Source of the DNA: Pirellulales bacterium
Lineage (GTDB): Bacteria > Planctomycetota > Planctomycetia > Pirellulales > JACPPG01
Length of the DNA stretch: 64,000 nt
Assembly (NCBI GenBank): GCA_036490175.1
Contig: DASXEJ010000303.1
Coordinates: 2,511 to 66,510 of the forward strand
Direction: 5' to 3'
Below the pieces are notes generated by a model. The model had not been told where the DNA came from and searched no databases. It saw only the letters and a list, made by a program, of their open reading frames with translations. A program made the translations under genes and the position numbers. Numbering within the stretch: the first letter of the stretch is position 1; each line of letters begins with the position of its first letter. Of this stretch, positions 1 to 11,314 are shown one piece after another.

Positions 1-45
1 CCGCAGACCGCTAAGCAAAAACAGGTTGAATACCTGATCAACACC

Positions 46-1422
46 ATGGGCGAGGAGAACGCCAAGCGTCTGGGCATGGAGCGCCGCGCGTTCATGGCTA
101 GCAGCATGGGTCTGGCCACTTGCTTCCTGGCCAGCAACAAAGTTTTCGGCAATTACTGGGACGTCGACGAAGCCGAGACGATGGAGCCCGGCGCGTACGA
201 GGACAAGTACCCCAAAAGCGAATACTTCATCATCGACGTGCAGTCCCACTTTACGAACGGCATTGCGATCGGCTTCCGCAATCAAGAGTTCGTGAAGAAC
301 ATGGGATTTAAGCTGGACGACACGGACGAGTCGTACGCCTTCCCGAACTTCGTCAAGGAAATGTACTTCGACAGCGAGACGTCAATGCTCGTCATCTCGG
401 GCGTGCCCGGGCGCGAGACGCACGTCGATCGCAAGGGAAACAAGGTCGAAGGACCGAAGCGCGGTGGCGGCGTGTTGCCCAGTTGGTTGATGTCGGCCCG
501 CAAGAAAGACATCAACGAAATGGCCGGCAGCCAGCGGGCCCTGTGCCAAGGCAACTGTGCGCCCAATCACTATTGGGACATGAAGACCAACACCCAGGAC
601 AAAGTCGCGCTCTTCGAGCAGATGGAGCGCGAAATGAAGATGTACGGCATCGATTCCTGGAAGTGGTATTGCCATACCGACCCGGGTCGCTCGGGCAACG
701 GTTTCCAACTGGACGACGAGAAGCTGACCTACCCCTTCTACGAAAAATCGAAGGAGTTGGGTATGAAGCGGATCAGCGTCCACAAGGGTTTTTCGTATCA
801 GTCAAAAACGCTAGGGCACCTGGCGAATCCGAAAGACGTCGAGAAAGCCGCGCTCGATCATCCCGACCTGACGTTCGTCATCTATCACTCGGCCATGCAG
901 CATGCGCCGGGTATCGAGCAGGATGCACTGCTTGAGAAGTACGATCCGAAGACCGGCGATTTCGCCTGGCACGACGTGTTGATGAAGATCAAGGAACGCA
1001 ATCCGCAGATCAACAACGTCTATCCCGAGATCGGTTCCAGCTTTGGCACGCTAGTAGTCTTCCAGCCCGAGATGTGCCAGCATTTGATCGGCAAGAACGT
1101 GAAGACGTACGGGTCCGATCACGTGGTGTGGGGAACGGATTGCTTGTGGTGGGGTTCGCCGCAATGGGTGATCGACGCCTTTAAGCGCTTCCAGATCACG
1201 GATGAAATGTGCGAGAAGTTCGGCTACAAGAAGCTGACCAAGGAAGACAAGGCGAATATCTTCGGGCTGAACGCCGCGAAGATTTACAACGTCGATCCGA
1301 AGGAGCAGCGCAAGAACATTCCCAAGGACGAACTTTCAAAGCTAAAGGTTGCCTACGACCATTTTGGCGGCACGCGCGAAAACGCCGCTTATGGCTGGGT
1401 ACGCGACGACGTGAATAGCTAA
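46..1422 (+). CDS. Amidohydrolase-family (TIM-barrel metal-dependent hydrolase) protein with Tat-type signal
   Basis: 458-aa ORF. Twin-arginine motif [16 protein letters not shown] near the N-terminus. 'FIIDVQSHF' resembles the first metal-binding strand of amidohydrolase_2-type barrels; later motifs are HKGF, YHSAMQH and WGTDCLWWG. The frame stays open back to base 1, so the true start may lie upstream of the window, or at the internal ATG at 76. Confidence 0.7.
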   Translation: MGEENAKRLGMERRAFMASSMGLATCFLASNKVFGNYWDVDEAETMEPGAYEDKYPKSEYFIIDVQSHFTNGIAIGFRNQEFVKNMGFKLDDTDESYAFPNFVKEMYFDSETSMLVISGVPGRETHVDRKGNKVEGPKRGGGVLPSWLMSARKKDINEMAGSQRALCQGNCAPNHYWDMKTNTQDKVALFEQMEREMKMYGIDSWKWYCHTDPGRSGNGFQLDDEKLTYPFYEKSKELGMKRISVHKGFSYQSKTLGHLANPKDVEKAALDHPDLTFVIYHSAMQHAPGIEQDALLEKYDPKTGDFAWHDVLMKIKERNPQINNVYPEIGSSFGTLVVFQPEMCQHLIGKNVKTYGSDHVVWGTDCLWWGSPQWVIDAFKRFQITDEMCEKFGYKKLTKEDKANIFGLNAAKIYNVDPKEQRKNIPKDELSKLKVAYDHFGGTRENAAYGWVRDDVNS

Positions 1423-1426
1423 GTTG
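1419..1426. repeat. Left copy of 8-bp target-site duplication CTAAGTTG
   Basis: Identical 8-mer directly abuts the outer end of both inverted repeats (1419-1426 and 5694-5701). It contains the TAA stop codon (1420-1422) of the amidohydrolase ORF. Confidence 0.85.
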
Positions 1427-1450
1427 GGCAACAATATACTTGACTCAGTG
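1427..1450 (+). repeat. Left terminal inverted repeat (IR-L)
   Basis: GGCAACAATATACTTGACTCAGTG. The reverse complement of 5670-5693 is GGTAACAATATACTTGACTCAGTG. Confidence 0.85.
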
Positions 1451-1479
1451 TTGACCGGCCCCTAGCGTGGGGGTATTAT
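1451..1479 (+). promoter_or_regulatory. Putative inward-facing sigma-70-type promoter for the cargo operon
   Basis: TTGACC (1451-1456), 17-nt spacer, TATTAT (1474-1479). The ATG at 1488 lies 8 nt after the -10 box, suggesting a near-leaderless mRNA. Assumes E. coli-like consensus, which is unverified for this phylum. Confidence 0.3.
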
Positions 1480-1982
1480 CGCCTCCGATGGCCGGCTCAA
1501 ACAAGGATGAATTTCCGCCTCTGCTTCCGGATGGCTTTCACGTCATGACCGCGTCGGAGCTTCGTGCTCTAGCAGTCGATGAAAAGCGATTCCCTGGGTC
1601 ATCGTCGCGTGCCGCACTGATGGGGCGCCTCGAACACATTATCGCGGTTCTACGTGAGAAACGAATAGACGGGGAGCTTTGGATCGATGGTAGCTTTCTT
1701 ACCGAGAAAATCGATCCCGATGACATTGACATCAGCCTTCGCATACAGGCTGCTGCATATGACAACGGCAGCCCGGACCAAGTCCAGACGATTGATTGGA
1801 TGACTGGGCTTTGGCAAACCGATTCCATTGACGGATACCTGCATTTGGAGTGGCCAATCGGTCATCCGAATCATTCAGTCGGCCTTGGTAATTTCGAGTA
1901 TTGGAAACGTCAATGGGGCCGCGGTCGGAACGGCACACCGAAGGGAATCGTTGTGGTAAACTTGGCTCTAGGTGAGCCATGA
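1467..1982 (+). CDS. Minimal nucleotidyltransferase (Pol-beta superfamily; recalls the DUF6932-type small NTases)
   Basis: WIDGSFLTEKIDPDDIDISL matches the NTase signature hG[GS]-x9-13-Dh[DE]h (GS, 9 residues, DID). The N-terminal 'LPDGFHVMTASEL' resembles the conserved N-terminus of small standalone NTases, from memory. The track start is GTG 1467; ATG 1488 is a plausible alternative. The stop overlaps the next start (ATGA at 1979-1982). Confidence 0.6.
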   Translation: MGVLSPPMAGSNKDEFPPLLPDGFHVMTASELRALAVDEKRFPGSSSRAALMGRLEHIIAVLREKRIDGELWIDGSFLTEKIDPDDIDISLRIQAAAYDNGSPDQVQTIDWMTGLWQTDSIDGYLHLEWPIGHPNHSVGLGNFEYWKRQWGRGRNGTPKGIVVVNLALGEP

Positions 1983-2911
1983 GCGTACTTCTAGAACTTG
2001 CCGACAAGCTGCGGGACACGACGGATGCGATTGCGCATCACGAGCGTGCGCTGTCGGCATCTCCGTCGCCATCGCTTGAGGCGAGCCTACGGTCGCTGCG
2101 GAAGCGCATGAGCGTGCTTGAAACGCAGTTTGCGGAACTTGCAGCCGGCCAAGGTGTCGACGTTTGTAGGTATCGCTTTTTCGCTGATCTTGTGCGTGCG
2201 ACCGTCAATCCGGTGTGCCACGCACTGATACACTTTCAGGCGGCTTACTCGCTCGCCTACGATGCGATCAAGAACACACCCAAAAAGGTCGCGCGTCTGG
2301 GCGCCGACATTCTCGAAGAGACAACCTTCGGAGTCGGCTATTCCTTTCAGGGATCGTTGGGCATTGTCCTTACGTTCGATAACAAGCGCCTCGATTTGTT
2401 TGAGAGCGTAATGGACGAGGCAATGTCGGCCATCTTTGAGCTTGCGCATGCCCAAACATCCGAGGACGTTGCCAAGCATGGCAAGCGGCTAGGTGCACCT
2501 ACTGTGCGCGCAGTATATCAGTGGGCCAATGATCATGTGCAGTATGGACTGGGCGCAGATATTAAGTGGGTACGCGGCGAGACGTTGAAGAGCAGCCTGT
2601 TCATGGAAAGCAAATCTCTTGGGCGCCTCATAGAAGTACTCAATAGCACAAGCGAAACGCACTCGGAAACCATTATCGTTACAGGAATGTTTGCCGGTGG
2701 CGAGCATGCTGCTCGTCATCGATTCCACTTCATTGCCGACGACGGCGCTGACATCAAGGGATCGTATACGACCGCAATCAGCGAAGACAATCCTGTGCAG
2801 TGGCCGAAACGATACCGTGCGCATATTGAGAAGACGACGCAAATTTACTACACGTCTGATAAAGAGGAATCTGCGTCATACGTCTTGCTGCGCCTTGAAT
2901 CCGTCAACTAG
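1979..2911 (+). CDS. Hypothetical protein (310 aa), translationally coupled partner of the NTase
   Basis: Long ORF with a 4-nt ATGA overlap with the upstream gene. N-terminal region has a predicted helical, coiled-coil-like character (LELADKLRDTTDAIAHHERAL...LRSLRKRMSVLETQFAEL). I recognise no family motif. The tetrapeptide GADI occurs three times. Confidence 0.6.
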   Translation: MSVLLELADKLRDTTDAIAHHERALSASPSPSLEASLRSLRKRMSVLETQFAELAAGQGVDVCRYRFFADLVRATVNPVCHALIHFQAAYSLAYDAIKNTPKKVARLGADILEETTFGVGYSFQGSLGIVLTFDNKRLDLFESVMDEAMSAIFELAHAQTSEDVAKHGKRLGAPTVRAVYQWANDHVQYGLGADIKWVRGETLKSSLFMESKSLGRLIEVLNSTSETHSETIIVTGMFAGGEHAARHRFHFIADDGADIKGSYTTAISEDNPVQWPKRYRAHIEKTTQIYYTSDKEESASYVLLRLESVN

Positions 2912-3057
2912 GCGCGCTTCTTCTTTTTGCGTCTCTTGTTCGCGTCGTATCGCTGCACGTTCTTATCCAGCGCGGCCTTTGGCACTTCCAGCAGCCCCTT
3001 CGCAAGCTCCTCGAACTGCCGGTATTCCGTTGGTTTGTCGGTTTTCTTTGCGGCCAT
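2908..3057 (-). CDS. Small basic ORF (49 aa), not in the supplied track
   Basis: My own translation: MAAKKTDKPTEYRQFEELAKGLLEVPKAALDKNVQRYDANKRRKKKKRA*. ATG at 3057, 26 nt downstream of the methyltransferase stop. By hand count 37 of 49 codons end in G/C, consistent with coding. Its stop shares the palindrome CTAG (2908-2911) with the convergent 310-aa gene. Confidence 0.35.
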   Translation of the reverse strand: MAAKKTDKPTEYRQFEELAKGLLEVPKAALDKNVQRYDANKRRKKKKRA

Positions 3058-3082
3058 GCGTTAGGTCTCTTTATATGACCAG

Positions 3083-5645
<2,563 letters not shown>

Positions 5646-5651
5646 GCCCGC

Positions 5652-5680
5652 AGTTTAGCGGGTTTTCGTCACTGAGTCAA
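5652..5680 (-). promoter_or_regulatory. Putative transposase promoter partly inside IR-R (leaderless mRNA predicted)
   Basis: On the minus strand: TTGACT (5680-5675, inside the IR), 17-nt spacer, TAAACT (5657-5652), 6 nt, then ATG (5645). No room for a Shine-Dalgarno sequence. Confidence 0.35.
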
Positions 5681-5693
5681 GTATATTGTTACC
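5670..5693 (-). repeat. Right terminal inverted repeat (IR-R)
   Basis: CACTGAGTCAAGTATATTGTTACC is the reverse complement of IR-L with one mismatch. Confidence 0.85.
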
Positions 5694-5701
5694 CTAAGTT
5701 G
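5694..5701. repeat. Right copy of 8-bp target-site duplication CTAAGTTG
   Basis: Perfect direct repeat of 1419-1426, immediately outside IR-R. Confidence 0.85.
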
Positions 5702-6128
5702 CGTCCATAATGACCGATTGTCTGCTGCGGGGTGGGTGTCGCTTGAGTAGCTAATGCGACGAAAATCTGGGCGTTCGCGCGTCAATAAGTTTATGACCGC
5801 GGACGCCCAGTTCGTTTCCCAACGCTGTCGGGCAGCGATTTTCTGGCGACGCCATTGACGCTTTTTAAATGGGGGCGCCGCTTGCCGTCAGGGTTGGCCT
5901 GTCCGCCTTAATGTGCCTGTCTCGTTGTGCGTTGTGCCCGGGTGCGCCGCATGGGATGCTGTGCGGGCGGAAGGGAATCGCACTCGCAGTGGGTGTCGGC
6001 CGCGCCATCGAGATCCTAGTTTGGCGTCCCTCCTCTATACATACGCGATGGACACAATCGTCTAATAATCAGCCGCTATGCTAGCCTGGCAATCGAACGA
6101 CATTTAACGTCACCTGGAGTTTTTCATC

Positions 6129-8708
6129 ATGCAGCGACGGCATTTTGTTCCCGTGGCGCTAGCCTGGCTGGCCATCACCTTTGTTTGCGCCACCTCTCCA
6201 AGCGTCTCGCCGGCGGCCGAAGTGGTACGTCTTTCGCAAGAGACATGGGACGATGCCGCGCCGCAAGGCAAGGAAGTCGACTGCATCTATGGCGACTGGA
6301 TGCTGCGCAACGATCGCGTGGTGGCGGTCATCGCCGAGGCCATTGCCAAGCGCAACGCGAATATGACGGTCCGCAACGTGCGCGGGTCGGTGATAGATCT
6401 CACAGCGCGCAACGATCAAAACGATCAGCTCAGCGCTTACTACCCGCTCAACGCTCAATACGAGTTGGTGGGGCCGCTGGCCAGCGACGGAACCCTACTC
6501 GAAAAAGCGCCTGTCGGTCAGGAAAAAGAGGCAACGCTGATGTTTCGCGGTCCGGCAGCCGACAAGCTGTCGACCGCGGAGGTAACCTACGTCTTGCCTG
6601 AGGGGGCCCGTTGGCTGAAGATTATCACGCGCGTGACGAGCACCAGTGATAAGCCCCTGGAACTGAGCATCGGCGACGCCATTCGCGCCGACGGCGAATT
6701 TGATTTTGGCAGGGTAGACGATCTTGGTCTGTTTTGGGCCTACGATTCGTTTTGGCGGCAGGCTTATGGCGCTGTGATCCTCGATCCGGCCTGGCGATTC
6801 GTGCCCAATGCGACCAAACGCGGCGAACACCCCGAATTGCGGATCGCCAGTGCGTCAACGGCGGCACCGCTTGCGCCGGGCGAAATCCGCGAAACGGTTC
6901 GCTACCTGTTTCCCGCCGCTAATACGCTGGATGTCTTGGCGATCGCGCGGGAGCTGCGCGGCGAGTCGCTGCTGAAGGTGGAGCTTTCGGTCAATGATTC
7001 TCAGGGCGCTGTTGACGGTGCGGAGATCCAGGTAAAAACGGCTGCTGGCGAACCTATCGCGCACGGCCGTACCGATGCCAAAGGCCAGTTGTCGACGCGA
7101 TTGCCAGCCGGGAGCTATCAGGTAGTTGCGAGCGCTCTAGGACGGGGCGAGAAAGCTGTGACCTTGGATGCCGCGCGGGATGTTCGCCAAAGCATCGAAC
7201 TGCCAACCGCGGGCTACGTGGTCGCCAAGATCGTCGGCCTGGGCGGTGCGGAAACGGCCTGCAAGGTGCAGTTTCGCGGTCGCAACGGCACGGCCGATCC
7301 TAACTTCGGGCCGGACAGCGCGATTCACGGAGTGCGCAATCTCTATTATTCGCAGGATGGCAAATTTCGCGTCCCTCTCGATCCGGGCGAGTACGACGTG
7401 ATTCTCAGCTATGGACCAGAATTCGACGCGGTCTTTACCACCGTTTCTGTCGAGCGCGGTAAAGACACGCCGCTGACCGCCGAGCTGAAACGCACCGTCG
7501 ACACCAAGGGCTGGCTCAGTGCCGACTTCCATAGCCACTCGACCCCGTCGGGCGACAATACGTCGAGCCAGCGTGGGCGGGTCCTGAATCTGCTGGCCGA
7601 GCATATCGAGTTCGCGCCCTGCACGGAGCATAACCGCATCACGGTGTACGACCCGCACCTGGAGTTTTTTGCCGCACGGCAAAAAATGCTGAGCTGTCCG
7701 GGCATGGAGCTTACGGGCCGACCGCTGCCGATCAATCATCAAAACGCGTTTCCGCTGACTCCTCATCCGCGCACACAAGACGGCGGTGCGCCGTTGTCGG
7801 ACATCGATCCGGTCGTGCAGATCGAGCGGTTGGCGATGTGGGAGAATGGGTCGGACAAGCTGGTGCAGATCAATCATCCGAATATTGTGCAAATGGTCGC
7901 CGACCGTGATCTGGATGGTTCTGCCGACGGCGGCTTCGAGAAGATGTTCAGCTTCATGGACGTCGTGGAAGTGCATCCGCTCGATACGATCTTCTCGCAG
8001 CCGACGAAGCTACCGACCGAGCGCGAGGAGGGGAATCGCATCTTTCACTGGCTGCAGCTGCTGAACCTCGGCTACCGCGTGCCGGGCGTGGTGAACACCG
8101 ACGCGCATTGGAACTTTCACGGATCCGGCGGCATGCGTAATTTTATAAAGTCTTCGACTGACGATCCGGCACAGGCGTCGGTGCCGACGCTCGTGCACAC
8201 CTGCGAGCACGGCAACATCATGATGACCAATGGGCCGTTTCTAGAAGTGCAAGCCAAGGCTGACCAGGGGAACGACACCGCCGCGGTTGGCGAGGACCTG
8301 GCCGCGCCGGGCGGCAAGCTGCACTTGCAGGTGCGCGTGCAGTGCCCCAACTGGTTGGAGGTGAATCGGGTGCAAGTATTCGTCAACGGCAAGCCAGAGC
8401 CGAAATGGAATTACACTCGGCGCACGCATCCCGATAAATTCCACCAGGCCACCGTCGTCTTCGCCGAGGATTTGCCGATCGCGCTCGAAGCCGATGCCCA
8501 CTTGATCGTCGCCTGTGCTGGCGAAGGGAAAGAAGTGGGCCCGATCATGGGTCCGTACTTCGGCAAAATCATGCCCACGGCGGTAGGCAACCCAATCTTT
8601 GTCGACATCGCGGGTGACGGCTTTCAGCCAAACGGCGATATGCTGGGCTTGCCTTTGCCGCTTGAGCCCGGGTTCAAACCCTCGAAGCCGCATCAGCACA
8701 AGCATTGA
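6129..8708 (+). CDS. Exported PHP-domain (CehA/McbA-type) metallohydrolase with Ig/carboxypeptidase-regulatory-like domain
   Basis: Signal peptide MQRRHFVPVALAWLAITFVCA. PHP-type metal motifs DFHSHSTPSGDN, APCTEHN and VNTDAHW. Central 'VKTAAGEPIAHGRTDAKGQLSTRLPAGSYQV' resembles a CarboxypepD_reg-like fold. Confidence 0.7.
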   Translation: MQRRHFVPVALAWLAITFVCATSPSVSPAAEVVRLSQETWDDAAPQGKEVDCIYGDWMLRNDRVVAVIAEAIAKRNANMTVRNVRGSVIDLTARNDQNDQLSAYYPLNAQYELVGPLASDGTLLEKAPVGQEKEATLMFRGPAADKLSTAEVTYVLPEGARWLKIITRVTSTSDKPLELSIGDAIRADGEFDFGRVDDLGLFWAYDSFWRQAYGAVILDPAWRFVPNATKRGEHPELRIASASTAAPLAPGEIRETVRYLFPAANTLDVLAIARELRGESLLKVELSVNDSQGAVDGAEIQVKTAAGEPIAHGRTDAKGQLSTRLPAGSYQVVASALGRGEKAVTLDAARDVRQSIELPTAGYVVAKIVGLGGAETACKVQFRGRNGTADPNFGPDSAIHGVRNLYYSQDGKFRVPLDPGEYDVILSYGPEFDAVFTTVSVERGKDTPLTAELKRTVDTKGWLSADFHSHSTPSGDNTSSQRGRVLNLLAEHIEFAPCTEHNRITVYDPHLEFFAARQKMLSCPGMELTGRPLPINHQNAFPLTPHPRTQDGGAPLSDIDPVVQIERLAMWENGSDKLVQINHPNIVQMVADRDLDGSADGGFEKMFSFMDVVEVHPLDTIFSQPTKLPTEREEGNRIFHWLQLLNLGYRVPGVVNTDAHWNFHGSGGMRNFIKSSTDDPAQASVPTLVHTCEHGNIMMTNGPFLEVQAKADQGNDTAAVGEDLAAPGGKLHLQVRVQCPNWLEVNRVQVFVNGKPEPKWNYTRRTHPDKFHQATVVFAEDLPIALEADAHLIVACAGEGKEVGPIMGPYFGKIMPTAVGNPIFVDIAGDGFQPNGDMLGLPLPLEPGFKPSKPHQHKH

Positions 8709-8803
8709 GGCGGATGCCGATTGCCGTGGTGCCACGAGCGTTGCACCTCGTCGCCCGAGCGCGCAAACTGCATGCAGCGGGAGTCGTCGTCTAGGAAATC
8801 AAC

Positions 8804-9841
8804 ATGCTCGCCAATGTTCAGCGTATTCGCTGGTGTTTTTGCCTGACGATCGCGTTGCTGGCGGTCGTGATGTCGCGGGCTATCTGGGTAGCACCGCGGC
8901 AGTTCGCGCGCGCTGCCGAAGAGCCAGCGGCGACCAAAAGTATCGATCCCGCGGCGTGGGGGACCGATCACGTGGGCGAGCCGCTGCCTGAATACATGGA
9001 AAGTGGCGAATGCCTGTTCTGCCACCGCAATGAGGTCGGGGTCACCTGGGGCAAAAACAAGCACAACCGTACGATTCGCGAAGCCGAGCCGAAAGAGCCT
9101 GCCGTCATCGCCCTGCGTGCGGACCCAGCCGCCAAGGAAATTGCCGAGCAGGTCGAATTGATCATGGGAGACTCCCGCAGCAATCGTTTTCTCAAGCGGG
9201 CGGCGGCCTACGGCAAACTAGAGATGCTTTCGACGGGCGCCGTCCTGTCGCGGACGGGACGGGCGCGGCTGGATCGAACCGACAAGCTGCATTGGGATGC
9301 CGAGATTTTCGCGAAAGAGTGTGCTGGCTGCCATGCCACGGCCGTCGATCCCGAGACGCACGCGTTCGCTGCCCTGTCGCTCGATTGTTACACCTGCCAT
9401 GGCGACTCGCCGGCCGAACATGCCAACGATCCGAAGATGATGCCACTTGCCAAAGTTCGCCACGACTCGGCGGCTGCGGTGACTTCGATTTGCGCACAAT
9501 GTCACATTCGCTTCGGCAAGTCGAAATCATCGGGTCGGCCCTATCCGAATAACTTCGTGGCGGGCGATAATCTGTTCAAGGATTTTCAGGTCGACTGGGC
9601 TTTGGCCGACGACCCGAAAATCAATCCGGCCGATCGGCATGTGCTGGACAATGTGCGCAACGTCGTGTTGCACGGGCAGGAGACGATGACCTGCCTCAGC
9701 TGCCACGAGGTACACATCGGTTCGACCAAACGCCATCGCGATGTGCCGGACCAGAAGTATTGCCTGCACTGTCACGAGGCAGGCAAGTCCAAAAAGGAAC
9801 ACATCCCGTACGAGATTCACAGTTCTCGCTGTAAATACTAA
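8804..9841 (+). CDS. Exported hexaheme c-type cytochrome
   Basis: Six CxxCH motifs: CLFCH, CAGCH, CYTCH, CAQCH, CLSCH, CLHCH. N-terminal hydrophobic signal/anchor. Confidence 0.85.
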   Translation: MLANVQRIRWCFCLTIALLAVVMSRAIWVAPRQFARAAEEPAATKSIDPAAWGTDHVGEPLPEYMESGECLFCHRNEVGVTWGKNKHNRTIREAEPKEPAVIALRADPAAKEIAEQVELIMGDSRSNRFLKRAAAYGKLEMLSTGAVLSRTGRARLDRTDKLHWDAEIFAKECAGCHATAVDPETHAFAALSLDCYTCHGDSPAEHANDPKMMPLAKVRHDSAAAVTSICAQCHIRFGKSKSSGRPYPNNFVAGDNLFKDFQVDWALADDPKINPADRHVLDNVRNVVLHGQETMTCLSCHEVHIGSTKRHRDVPDQKYCLHCHEAGKSKKEHIPYEIHSSRCKY

Positions 9842-9978
9842 TTACACATCGCGGAACTCGGAACGATAAACGCGTCGGTTGTTAACGTCGTGTCTTCTCC
9901 GCTGTGTCCATTCCACTGTGTCCGCTCCACCGTCTCTTTTCCGTGCCTCTGCGTCTCTGTGGTGGATACGGAGCTTCT

Positions 9979-11199
9979 TCAGCGCAGCTCGCTTTCGTGC
10001 TGTTGAATCTTTTGCACGGCAGCGGCGATCTCGTGCATGTCCTGCTCGTCTCCAAGTAGGGCATATTGAGGCACCCAATAAGTCTCCCACGCTGCACGCT
10101 CAGTGATGGGGAAAGGGCCGTTCCAGCTCGGATGACCATCGACGCCGGCCGGCAGGCGGCTGCGAAATGCGCCGCTGGTGAAGACGTCCAACGCGTGTAC
10201 TGGCGGATAAGCGGCCTGGTTCGGAATCCCTTCGGCGATCATGGCCTCGATGAAGCGTTCGGTGGGCAGGCCGCCAAACGCGGCACGATCGTAGTAGAAA
10301 ATGTACGCGTAATGCCCGTTGCGGGTGACGCGCGGATCGAGCGCCTGCGGTGTTACTCCTTCGATGTCGCCTAGCAGCCGATCGAGCAAGCGGCTGTTGT
10401 CGTGCCGGCGGCGTGTTTGCTCGTCGAGTCGTGTAAGCTGGGCACCCAGGATCGCGCCCTGCCACTCGCTGAGCCGATAGTTCGAACCGTAAATGAAATG
10501 GCTATAAAACCACTCGCCCGGCATGCGACCACAATCATGCACCGAGCGCAACAGTCGCTCGGCATCGTCGTCGTTGGTGATAATCAGGCCCCCTTCGCCG
10601 GCGGTCATCAACTTGCTCTGTTGAAAGCTGAAGGTGCCTGCCCGACCGAACGTGCCTACTGGCCGGCCGCGCCATTGACTGCCGTGCGCGTGGGCACAAT
10701 CTTCGATCAAAATAAGGCTGTGTCGTGTCGCAATTTCGCTCAAGCGGTCGAGATCGGCCGGATGTCCTCCCATGTGTACGGGGATGATGGCCTTGGTACG
10801 CGGGCCGATCGCACGCTCGACTTGATCGCAATCGATGCAATAGGTGTCGGCCGTCACGTCGACTAGCACGGGCACGGCGCCCGTCATAAGCACGGCGCTC
10901 GCCGTGGCCACGAAGGTATAGTCCGGCACGATCACTTCGTCGCCGGGCCCTATGTCCAAGGCCAAAATCGCCACCTCGAGCGCGTGTGTTCCGTTGGTCA
11001 CGGCGATGCCATGACGGGCCTGGTGATAAGCAGCGAAATCGCGCTCGAATTGTAGAGTCTTGCTGCCGGGGGTCCGCCACCAGACGCAACTATCGAGCAC
11101 ACCGAGCAAGGCCTCTCGTTCGCGTTCGTCGTATTGAGGCCACTGCGGAAACGGTTTGGTCTTGGTGGGCTTGCCACCACGCAGCGCGAGAGTAGACAT
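9979..11199 (-). CDS. DegT/DnrJ/EryC1/StrS-family PLP-dependent aminotransferase
   Basis: Typical N-terminus 'LALRGGKP...WPQYDEREREAL', plus 'GTHALEVAILALDIGPGDEVIVP' and the PLP-lysine region 'FSFQQSKLMTAGEGG'. Start set at ATG 11199 (MSTLALRGG); the track start is 11214. Confidence 0.85.
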   Translation of the reverse strand: MSTLALRGGKPTKTKPFPQWPQYDEREREALLGVLDSCVWWRTPGSKTLQFERDFAAYHQARHGIAVTNGTHALEVAILALDIGPGDEVIVPDYTFVATASAVLMTGAVPVLVDVTADTYCIDCDQVERAIGPRTKAIIPVHMGGHPADLDRLSEIATRHSLILIEDCAHAHGSQWRGRPVGTFGRAGTFSFQQSKLMTAGEGGLIITNDDDAERLLRSVHDCGRMPGEWFYSHFIYGSNYRLSEWQGAILGAQLTRLDEQTRRRHDNSRLLDRLLGDIEGVTPQALDPRVTRNGHYAYIFYYDRAAFGGLPTERFIEAMIAEGIPNQAAYPPVHALDVFTSGAFRSRLPAGVDGHPSWNGPFPITERAAWETYWVPQYALLGDEQDMHEIAAAVQKIQQHESELR

Positions 11200-11314
11200 A
11201 ACGAAATTACGCACCTAAGGGAGGATCGGAGGACTCGGCATGATCAGTTTGCCATCCCGAGCCCCGACCTGGGAAGAGCGCTCCGTGCGGTTAATGGCAT
11301 CCGCACGACGGCAT

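Noticed and set aside
1979-2911. Threefold occurrence of the tetrapeptide GADI (LGADILEE, LGADIKWV, DGADIKGS) in the 310-aa cargo protein, considered as evidence for an internal repeat or PD-DxK nuclease motif.
   Set aside because: The sequence around the three sites does not align, and the DNA differs at the sites. It may be coincidence. It is mentioned only as a weak hint under the R-M alternative, not as a feature.
2968-2986. TGGCAC-ttcca-GCAG string resembling a sigma-54 -24 element inside the IS cargo region.
   Set aside because: The -12 element (TTGC) is absent at the correct spacing, and the site lies inside the predicted mini-ORF. A similar TGGCAC at about 22011 also has the wrong spacing and sits inside a gene.
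5869-6084. 71-aa ORF in the intergenic region just right of the IS insertion.
   Set aside because: Cys/Gly/Arg-rich translation with no signal or motif. It lies in the probable promoter region of the PHP hydrolase gene.
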